Assembly: GCA_025786725.1 (NCBI GenBank)
Contig: JAHLTZ010000023.1
Location: 1-64,000 of the forward strand
DNA from: Syncephalis fuscata S228
Lineage: Eukaryota; Fungi; Zoopagomycota
Direction: 5' to 3'
Length of the DNA: 64,000 bases
In this document: positions 53,300-64,000 of the stretch, one piece after another
Position numbering within the stretch: the first letter of the stretch is position 1
Layout of the letters: every line of letters begins with the position of its first letter
Notes under the pieces: generated by a model
The model's input: the letters and a program-made list of their open reading frames with translations, nothing else
What the model was told of the DNA's origin: nothing
The model's database searches: none
Translations under genes and position numbers: made by a program

Positions 53300-54954
53300 A
53301 TGGTGCAGTCCCATTTATCTAGTAACAGCGACCATCTAGAAATAGATGAATTTGCTTACAGCTACTCGGACAGCAGATATTTCCCTCTTACACCCCAAAA
53401 CAACGCTCTTTTGGGCCAAATACATTAAATAATTTGTACAATGTTCCCGGCAATACTTATATATCGAACGGGTCAAATCCCACCTCAACATTGACAAATA
53501 ATCAAAATGACATTATACGCACAAATAATGCTCAATCTACAATAACAAAATTCAATCAAGAAAGCATACACGCAGAACTCCTAACACGTACAATCCGCGG
53601 GCTAAATTGCCCTCCATTTACGCTCTCTTCACTACGCAGCTATATGATCCGTGAAAATTTCAACGTGGCGTTGCTCGATTTTCTTTCGTGGCATCAGGAG
53701 TTTGCCCATCGTTTTTTCCAACAGGTACCCATGAATTCTCAACAGGTTATGTCTCCATATACCGGTACCTCAACAAACAGTCACAGTAATCAGAGTCAAA
53801 TCAGTGGAAGCCTTAAGCAAAGTGATAGCAACAGCAATGATCGTACATTTTTAAAAGAATCAAAAAACAAAGACCGTTTCATTTACCTTGGCCTTGTCGG
53901 GGTTGCCTCTCCGGCTGCTATCGACGAATTAAACGGATCACTCCAAGAACGTTTACTTCAGGAGCGTGAAATGCTGGCTTCTATGGCCGAAAATCTTAGC
54001 AATATTCCAAATATTAATAGTGTTGATTACAATGCCGAAGACCCTGCTACACCCGATTTTTTTTATTTACCAGCAGATAATAACACCGATTCTTCGGAAA
54101 ATGCTGTCGCGGCACAGCAGCCATATCGTCGTTTTTGTGAACAGTCATATGCGTATTTTATCGCACCCAAATCCAAACTTCCACTAACTACACGTCAACG
54201 TGCCGAGATTCGCCGGCTACTTGATTGCACCATACATCCGGCTCTTTTTTCTATTGCCGTGCACCGATGCTATTACGCCATTGTTACCGATGTTATACCT
54301 GGCTTTCTACGTGGTGGAGCAAAAAATCTCACGCTTGTACTGCGTAGGATACAAATGTTATTTGGAGCTTTACTTACTTTAACATCTTTAGCGATTGCTA
54401 TCTGGATGATTTTTTCTATCTCCAATCGATGGATTCGATTAACAGTGGCGCCAGTCTTTTGTTTGGGTGTTTGGGCCATTATCCAGGGATCCGGAGGAGT
54501 TTGCGTTTTAATGGCACTGGTTGGTAAACGATCGCGTATTACCGAAAGCCATTCGGATCAAACACCCTCCAACGGCAATGATAATTATCGTGCAGAAGTG
54601 TCACTTCGTTCAATGGAAAGTGGAAATGAGACCTTTTCAAATAGTCCATTTATATCTGGTGTCAGTTATTCGCCAAATAGAATGTGCAATGGCAATAGTT
54701 GTAATAATTTTAACAACAGCAGCCTCAAAGCTCACACTTTAGTAAAATCACATGCAACTTCCAGTTCTTTGCCTGGCAATACAAGTAGTTCGTCTTCAAA
54801 GCCTACCTCATCTGGCATTTTTAATCTTGAGCCTGTCGATGCTTGGCTACGAAGACAGCAGTTGCGCATTTTAATTCGGATGCTGAACGTTGCTTTTTTT
54901 ATCACGTTCATCATTTTTTGTATTATTGTTGCTGTCCCCATCTACAGTACATAA
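53300..54954 (+). CDS. Rax1-like RGS-domain membrane protein with three C-terminal TM helices; probable 1-nt deletion near 53395
   Basis: CPPFTLSSLRSYM...LLDFLSWHQEF..RF, QPYR...YFIAPKS, TIHPALF and 3 TM segments. The upstream ATG at 53300 is one frame off. Confidence 0.75.
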
Positions 54955-56313
54955 TTTCATAATCACATAAATAAATTTTGTTTGTATCTACTAAAAAGGT
55001 TGAATTTTTATAATAAATGTGTAGCGTTATGTATCGAATTGTACATAGAATATAATGTATGTTTTGGCAGCTAATGCATTGCAATTCCATATCATACTAC
55101 GTTTGAAAATTGGGCACAGCATAAATTTTACGCTTTGATCCAGTGTCATCATATTCTTTAATTCTACAGCAATACTATAAATAAAATAAAATGCGTAATA
55201 AAAATTGATTATTTTTTATTGTCAAAAAAGTTGCTTAATTATATGATTACATTTTATGTAACTGGAAAACAGTATCTAAGATATAATAAGAAGTGTGTAG
55301 CTACAGTAATGAAGGAAATAGTTGTATAATTTACAATGATCAATATGACAATAGCACTTTTCAAATAAATATATAGCATTAGAAAGCAGAAGATACAATA
55401 AGAATAAAAATAAACGACATTTAAAAGTATAACCTAGGAGCTACTGTACTTTGACTCCTATATTGTTATTTATCTATTTATCCCTAACACCTTTAAATAC
55501 AATTAAACATTCACTCATCACTATGACATGTATAATATTGCATTCAACATTGCTTAATTCATGTGCAATTATCAGTACAATAATGTAATTAATCAGCTAT
55601 TTTTATTATTGCTTTAATATATATATATTGTCATTTATTTAGTCAGATTGGCTATAGAAAAATGGCTGTTTAATAAGCAACATTTATAATAATTATATTA
55701 ATCTTGATCTCACATCACAAATATGTTTAAAATGCAATACTAGAATATTAGAAAATAGAAGAGACTATTCAAATGCAATAATCCATGTTGTATGTAGATG
55801 CAACAACAAATGCGGAATAACATGGAATTGCAATTATATGGCTTCTATTAATATTCAATCAATCTTTCTACACATGGCCAACAATAACAATAATCGGCCT
55901 CAAATATTTTAATAAAATTAAATAGTATGTTACATTCTTTATTTAAATGTTAAATATTATTACTAATACAATGTTCTGTTACAATAAATTATATTTTATG
56001 AAAATGATAGTGTTATTACATTACATTAATATTTATTGTAAATGATGATTTAAACACAATTAATCTAATCAAATTATTACAATTGATTGCGTAAAATAAT
56101 TTACTACCCCGGAGGATTAAAGCGGATAGTCAACGCCCATTGTATTTCAAGTGCGTACGCAACTGTGTAACCGTTACGCTAGAAATAGAATAAAGCAGCA
56201 TATTGTTTTGCACAACCTTTTTTTCTCTACTTGCGTATTTTACTGTTCATTTGTCTACTAGTATCAATTCTAGTATAGCTATTTCTAATCAGCTATAGCT
56301 TTGAATACCTACA

Positions 56314-58348
56314 ATGCGAGCTTCTGGACCAATTGTTATGTTTTGCTGTATTTATGTTGTTTTATTGAAAAGCAAAAATTAGTTCCTTTTGCTACATGCT
56401 GTCCGTTTATTTATCAAATAATAGCAGGCCGAACTGATTATTGGAGCAGCAGTATAGACGGGCGTTTTGCTTAGATGATCAGCGTGAAAAAAAGGCTTTT
56501 ATGGTATAGCTAGTATATTAATACTGAGCAGAATTAAAAAAATACATTTAATGTAAATCAAACAAACAAAAACATTCATCATTGCCTACTGCTACAGCTG
56601 CTGTTGCTGTTGATGATAGTGAATATATACTATTTGTTAGTCATATATCATTAACTCCTGATTATGGTGCCATTCGATGGTTTCATGCTTATCATCGACG
56701 TTGTCAGACTAAGCGCAACTTTATGGCAAGTCGATTTAAAAAGCAATTGTGTAGATTGCCAGTTAAAAAACATACTTGACTAAGTTAGTTAGCGCAAATC
56801 ATTGGTATGCACTGGTGCAGGACAAGCAAGCGTCGAGGTTATGGTTAATTTAACATAATATTTTTAGTAAATACAATGAACATGGTAAAGAGGAATTAGC
56901 TTAGAAAGCATTGACTATTCCTTCATCGCCATCTTTATTTGACGGCAAGCTTTCAATCAATTCTGCTCACAAAACAGCGTGGTTTGTTGTGGTATATGCT
57001 TCTGCAAAGACATTTGATGACGTAAAATGTGTGAATATTGGCGATACGATAGGTGAATAATAATAATAATTTATACCAACAGCTATACTAACTATTTATT
57101 AATGATATTAATAATAGTAAAAGTATCTGAATTGGAAGCGCAGTATAACAGAGAAAATACATCTAAAACTTCTGCTGCTTTAAATAAACAGTCTAATATT
57201 TCTTCAACCGCCACACCTTTAATGAAACAAAAAATTGTTGTAGAAGAATTATTATAGTATGGCCCAATGCTGGCTATGCATCTTCCAGTATCATTATTTT
57301 CAATATTGAAAAAAGCAAGTTTGGAGAAGAGATTCTAGAATTAATGACTAGTTATAACAACTGGATTTTTCTAAAGACTAGAAGTAGCCAAGATGCATCC
57401 CAGAAATTTAACTTGTTTAATTTAAATAAAGGCCAATGGGTAGAAGATCCAAAATTACATCCATATAATTCGCGCATATGTATTCAGTTTACTTCTCGCG
57501 ACCAATACCAATTGCTAGCATAAAAATAACGCGTAATGCTGTAGAACCTGGTACAACTTCTACAGCTGCTGCTACTCAACGTGCACGAGCCTTTGGTAAT
57601 GAAAGCCAACAGCTACACATCCAATGGGAAATACTTGACGTTCAAAAGAATCAATCTTAGTGTAAAGCAATTTTATTGGATAAAATCACCATTCCACATC
57701 GCACACACCCCAGAGTTATAGTGAGAAATTACTCAAAACGGCTGTGTTTTGTCACTATATCTGGTGTAGAAAGTAATCCAGTGTACGAGCGCCGTACAAC
57801 TTTTACTTCTTCTTTTTTACCACTGCTGCATGCATTAAAAAGCTTTTTGTCAAAAGCCTCATTGCAATCGTTATTTCATGCCAAAGATTACAATTAATCA
57901 CAATCAATTAATAAGTCTGATCAAGGACGTGTATTATGAAGTCGGCTATAAATACCTTTAACATTACAAGATTATGCAATAATAAAGCGATTGCCGTGCA
58001 AAGCATTGAAACATTTGATATATTGAATGTTTGAGATGGAAATTTACTACGTTTAATTGATTATATAGGTAAATTGACAATAACTCTCTTTCTTGGGTCT
58101 TTATGCGGAATATCTAATAGAAGAAACGGGAAAAGACGGCTTATTGATATGTATAGCCCACCGGCTTGCTTTATTAAAAAACAATTAAAGACGACAATGA
58201 GGATAGACTATTAGGTGCTGTTGAAATAGTAATATCAGAATTAAGTGAATATAAGCATATGAAATCCACTAGCTACTTTTTATCAAGTGTTGTTATTGGC
58301 CAAATTGATGCAAAAGACGGCGGGCTATACAAAACATTTGCGCTGTAA
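56314..58348 (+). pseudogene. Degraded F-box family pseudogene
   Basis: Fragments FATCCPFIYQIIAGRTDYW, AIRWFHAYHRRCQTKRNF and LHIQWEILD parallel the intact F-box at 41726; many stops and frameshifts. Confidence 0.65.
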
Positions 58349-59322
58349 ATACAGCATGCTAGTTAAGATAATAATACAAATAATTTGAATGCCATTTATT
58401 TCTGACATTAAATCACCATTAAACATATTATTTTGTCATTGAATTTTGTTTTACATTAAAATGAACAATAGTGACAGACACGCTATGTTAATTATCAGTA
58501 TATATTCAGTTACAATATAAACCAAATATCAAGTTTATAGTTCAGCATATCATACTGTATGTTTTTATTCTATCATTATAATGCGTCATTTAATTGCTTA
58601 AGTCGCATTATAATATTACTTATATATATTATTTTCAAATTGTTAACAATAAAGTGTTGGCTTCTTCAATACAGCAATTTCTACAGAGCAAAAAGAAACT
58701 GCTGCAGTACGGAAGCGACTGTTGCACGACCATCCTATCCACGCCATCCTTTATTTTTCATTTGAAAAACAAAAGATTTTGCTTCAATTATTGTACATGC
58801 AACGCTGCGTTCCTCTCTGCGACCTGTTTACGAAAGTGGCGTGAATGCTTCAACAGCAAGACCAGCTTCGAGATAATAGTGCAGTTACCAAAGTGCTTCT
58901 AAAACAGTCTGGCCTGTCGGATTTTAACCGAAGAGACGGTGAGGCAAATCAAAAAATTATGGGAGTGATTTTACAATTACCAAATAGAGAGATGACAGTC
59001 ACTAGTTTAAAACCACAGACAGCACAATACACGCTGCAGCATGACGTTTTAAATACTAGTTATATTTCATTATTTATTCATTTAATATTTTTATTTAATA
59101 AAACAATGAATTGACAGTTTAGAATTTATATTAAATAATGGTCTAATAGATAGCTTACTTTCTAGTGTTAGCTCGCTTATACATAACAAACTCAAGCTAT
59201 CAATAACTTATTTCTGTGACAAGCATAATCACCATTTTTATAGAGCAATTAGCTCAGTAACTCAATATGATAATTCAATTATGCACAATGTATTTAAATA
59301 TATCCCAGTTTATATGTTTAGT

Positions 59323-60588
59323 TTATTTCATGGAAGGAATTCCCAGTGAAGCCAATACCTCATTAGGAATTGTACAACTGTCATATCTGTTCGAAATTAA
59401 CGTTTCCATGACTCTTACAAGTGGCAATAGTGCAGTTGCGTATTGTTTATCTGCTGCAGTGGGGTATTGCGGCACCTGGTTGCCCATACCACGATAACGT
59501 TCTCCAGACTCAGCTGGCTTGTTCGTTATTACTGCGTTGAAGTTTCTTACTAGTGCTTCATACAATTCTTCCGATGAATCGTCAATGCCGGCGAAAGGAC
59601 GTGTTCCAGTAATAGCATAGTAAACTGCTGTTGCAAAGAAACCATTATCTTTGTTACAGGCAGATATTTGCTCATCTGCGCTTGCTTTGGCAAGTATTCT
59701 AGGTGGAATCCAGTTTATCGTTGTCTTGACAAATTTGACAAAATCGTAATCAATAATTTTTGCCAGTACTTGGTTAGTTGCAGGATTAACACCAACAACA
59801 ACGTCTAAATTAAATAATTAATATATTATTTTTAAAAAATATAAAGCTTACTTTTAGGAGCCATATCATTGTGTAGGATGCCAGCACGGCGTAAATACAA
59901 CATGCCTATAGTCAATGATAACAATTAGTGTTTTATCATTCAAGTATAGCAGATACTTACCCAACATTGTTTGCTGGAATATTTGAGGTAGATACATAGC
60001 CTTTTGTTGCCAGCTTTTACCAACAGCGAATCTCTCTAGTGTATCACCAGGTGCGAGCTCATAGATGAAACAATTGGCCTCTATTTTCCAGGTTCCTTTT
60101 GGAATATTAAATTGGTTTAACGGCTGAGCGATGTTATTGCTTCCTGGGATAGTCTTTCCTTTAGATTTAAATAATTCAACATCTAAATAATATGTCAGTA
60201 ATGCATTGCCTTTGTATCATTAACTACACTCTTACACTAAAAGCCCTGGTCTCAACTGTAAGTCTATCGCTACTGGGTATGCATTTAATAAAAGCATCTT
60301 GAGTTCCCCATTTTGCGTAGCCAAGACCTATCGCGTCAGTTGAAGTAGTCCATCTGATTGGCGTTGTCAATCCAGCCTTAGCCCGGACTTGTGGATTAGC
60401 TAAATACACGTTTCCAACTCCGTCAGGATTGACTGGACCTAACAGATGCATGCTTTGTTAGTATTAATAAATGTCGTAGTATATAGCTTACCGTTAGTTT
60501 CTCCACCGATGGCGTCAATTGCTGGCATGCTAGACAACATCATAGCTGCACACATAGCAATAATAGTAAAAGAACTGGCTTTGATCAT
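59323..60588 (-). CDS. Secreted atypical protein-kinase-like protein, 5 exons (60588-60492, 60438-60236, 60182-59961, 59905-59852, 59804-59323)
   Basis: Signal peptide MIKASSFTIIAMCAAMMLSSMPAIDA; kinase subdomains AFIK, alphaC Glu, CFIYE, GILHNDMAPKNV, KIIDYD and YYAITGTRPF. Confidence 0.85.
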
Positions 60589-62185
60589 ATTGAAAGTAGC
60601 GTTCAGTTGTTTACGTGTATGGTTCAAGATAAAAGGCCAGCCGTATTATCTGTTGATGTCAGGTAGAAAAGATTGAGATGCTGAGTTGTATAACTTTTTA
60701 AAAAACAGCCATTAATTCTTTTAGTATTTATAGTAAACATAAGTACGCGTCAGTTTAAATTCAGCATACACTGATTCAAAATAAAACGTCAAGCTCAGTG
60801 ATGTAGAATACAAAATAGTAACTATGAAACGTTACTATTAGTTGTTTCAAATAAGAAAATAGGCCTTAATTAAAACGTAGTAGAGAATGTAAATATACTA
60901 ATACAGTCTAAAACAATAAACCAGTTCCAATGCTCTCTCCTAAGTGCCTCGTTACATCAACCTTCTGGTTTCTGGTCAAAGGGGTGACAAGGTGGTGATA
61001 TGCACTGTTCGAAGAAACCATGACATGTGGCCAAGAAGCTTTATTCATACTAATACAAACACGGGGGACAATAGAGGAAGAGAGACGCTTGCAATGCGCT
61101 ATCTTGCAGGTACATTTTCCGCTAAAAAGAAAATAGAACAGCATAGAACATAGAGCCAGTCTACATTATTCAGCTTACTGATAATGATGATATTGCATTA
61201 CGCCAGAATTAATCATTTCAGATGTAAATATTTACTAAACCGCTCGACATACCATGAAGATTAGACTAAATGGCATAATGGCGCATCAGTATAATAGTTT
61301 ATTTAAATCTCAGTTAACAGCTAATTACATATTTATAGTTGTAATGGTTTGCAAATTAAAGTGTAATTTATTGTTTATGCTATACCACGTTATTAGCTTG
61401 CTAAAACGCCTGTTTTGAATGTTGAACGACATGTTTAACCTTATACCCGTATGTAAGAAACGTGATGCGGCAATACTTGCCGTATGACCGAGCGTATCTG
61501 ATACAACCATTTTATGAATGCTACTAACATTTTAGTTGTAACAAAATTTTTATTTTGAGTTTAGGCTGCATTTTGTTTTTAACGGTAAACTGTTTAATTG
61601 TGGCTATAGCTGCCAGTTTTTAAATGGCTATTCAAAAGTTATGTTTAATACAAATATGTTCATAAAAAGATTTGTACTAGTGATTGATTCGTAAACTATA
61701 TTGATGTAACCGCTACCCAGTAAAAAAGAAGTAAGCAGCTCTTTTTGTATTTCCAAGTCGCAAACCACCACGATAGAACCTGCGTTCCAGCGGTCGCTAA
61801 TTGCTAATTAATGTTTATATGCTTTTTATAGTTTATTTTAAAAATACAGCATAGTTCATTTCTTCATGTCATACTTTAAAGTAAATTTAAATAATTTAAA
61901 GAGAATTTTAATATCGTAATGATTTATAATGATGATTATTTTCCAATGCAGATCTTGCGATAATCTCTATAATAGTGTGTTAACTAATAGTCATGTGCAC
62001 GTGCCATGTTTGTAACACTGCCTAAAACACCGGATCAGAACAATAAACAAGATAGGGAAACAACTTTGAATTGAGAAAGTAAAGAACGGCGAAACCAAAG
62101 TAAGAAAATATAAGAAACATTTTGCCACCAATAATAACACGAATTTATTATTAATATACTATTAGTCGGCCTAGTAGTATAGTGA

Positions 62186-64000
62186 TTATACATTAGTAAT
62201 CGTATAGCCATTTTGAGACACGCTATCCTCGCTGTTGGCGCCATTTAAATGCAGCTCCCTTTGATGGAATTGGCGTAATGAGGCCCGATGGCCAATTGAA
62301 ACCAGAGTGATGCCCAGTTTTATAGCACGGCCATAAAGAATACCTTCAGCCTTTTCGTCGATGGCACTTGTGGCCTCATCCAACACCGCAAAGTCAGGTC
62401 GTCTGTACAAAAGACGGGCAAATGCCAAACGCTGTGCCTCACCTGGTGATAGAATACGCGACCACTCCGTGCCATAATCAGTGTCTGGCGAATCTATCTT
62501 AATAAGCAAATAGTCAATTCCGGCTGCAGTTAATGCCTCATTCAGTGCCTCATCCGACACTGTGGATGCATCCTCAGGATAGGCAATTTGATTACGGAGA
62601 GAACCAATGGCCAAATAAGGCGACTGCGGCAACAGTTGTATTTGGCCACGATGGAGTTGACCATAGAATGAACATTCACCGGAAGCAGCAGTCCACAGAC
62701 CACATAACACACGCAGTACTGAGGTTTTACCGGAGCCATTAGGACCAGTAACCAGCCAGTTTTCACCAAGCGCAACCTTTAGGTTTAGATTGTCGACAAG
62801 TAACTGACCGGTAGGTGAGCGAATGGCAACATTGTTAAATAAAATGCCACCATCTTTTTGGTTCGGCAAATTGTCCTTTTCATTCTTTTCTCCACTAGAA
62901 ATTAACTGATTATCGTCGATATGAATATCTTGTATATCTACATCATGATTATTCTCGTCTTGCATATCAATCGCCTCCAACATCTGGCCAATACGATTGG
63001 TGAAACCGGCCAATTCGGCAAACTTAACTGCTTGTTCCACGATAGTTGTAAACTGAAAAATAAGATACATAGACATAAACGAATGTCGACTAATTAGTGC
63101 AGTAAGTTCCTCTGGCGACAAGTCGTCATATTTGCCGTTATAAATAGGAATGGCGATAATGAGATAAGAAACAATAGAGCCAAAGTAAGAGCTAAAATTG
63201 TTGACTAGAGTTAGCGGTAGTTCCCAAAATACAACTTTCTCTTGACGTTGAATTAGTGCATCCAATGCACTATTGGCAATCTCTTGTTCTTTCTTTTCGC
63301 CCTTTAACATGGCAATTGATTCGTTTTCCGTTCTAAGACGAACATGCAAAAAACTGTCAAAATATAATCAGTTAAGTATAAACTATACGATTAATTGATG
63401 GCATATTATTTCATACCGAAAAAGACCTTCGTGACGTTCCTTCATAAATACGGCCTTAGTTACCGGCGACATGACAAAACGACTGAATATTGAGAATAGA
63501 ACAAAGTAAGTAAGCGATAATACCGGGCCCAATAGCCAGACACCTCCCATGTCTTGACCGTATAATAAATAATGATGAACGGTGAAACAACGATGGCTTG
63601 GAATACTTGACGAGATGTGCTGGCAAACTTGTCAACATCTTGGGCAATACGTTGATCAGTGTTATCGATGTCACTGTTAGAGACAATTGGATAAAAGATG
63701 TTTGGTCGAAGAAAACGCTCATGAAGATGATGAGTCAGCGCATTACGCAGACAGTACTCGAATATGCCGGCAATAAGGTTAACTAGACTTTTACCCTAAC
63801 AATTAGTGTATTAATAATTGTAGAAAAATTATAGTATAGTGTGTTGTAGTGTGTGCAACTTACGATAGTGGCCGCGATAATAAAGCCTATTGATTTGCCC
63901 AAGACCTTGTTGAATTGTTGAGTGTCTTTCACCAAAAGAACGCCAAAGAACTGCGATGGAACGTTGCCGACATAATAAACGGCTACTTCATTCGCACCAG
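62186..64000 (-). CDS. ABC subfamily D half-transporter (ABCD4-like), 5' part outside the window; apparent 1-nt deletion near 63530
   Basis: DNTDQRIAQDV, EAA-like EGLFRFLHVRLRTENESIA, Walker A GPNGSGKTS, signature LSPGEAQRLAFAR and Walker B AVLDEATSA. Confidence 0.93.

Noticed and set aside
1-64000. tRNA, rRNA, CRISPR arrays, telomeric repeats and prokaryotic operons
   Set aside because: None recognised by eye; the sequence is spliceosomal-intron-rich eukaryotic DNA. tRNAscan-SE and Infernal were not run.

Overview
Eukaryotic, AT-rich fungal genomic DNA with many short (~40-100 nt) GT-AG introns. The gene families present (intronless divergent F-box genes, a signal-peptide kinase-like protein, a 7TM-RGS) suggest an early-diverging fungus, possibly a Zoopagomycota mycoparasite such as Syncephalis; this taxon call is inference. 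Gene order: DUF2015 protein, two tandem MATE transporters, SUN glucanase and GH18 chitinase (divergent), Ran1/Pat1-like kinase A, NLE1/RSA4, a small Asn-rich secreted protein, Ran1-like kinase B, a 930-bp repeat, DUF2423/LLP-like protein, UBP14, MSH2 (30 exons), F-box, MINPP1-like phosphatase, 7TM-RGS, second repeat copy, F-box, Rax1-like RGS, an F-box pseudogene, a secreted atypical kinase and a partial ABCD transporter. Most notable are the secreted kinase-like effector candidate, the possibly amyloid-forming secreted peptide precursor, degenerate catalytic motifs in the RGS and phosphatase, and near-identical direct repeats around the MSH2 block. Eight or nine single-base deletions in otherwise intact genes most likely reflect assembly errors. 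All gene models were spliced by eye.
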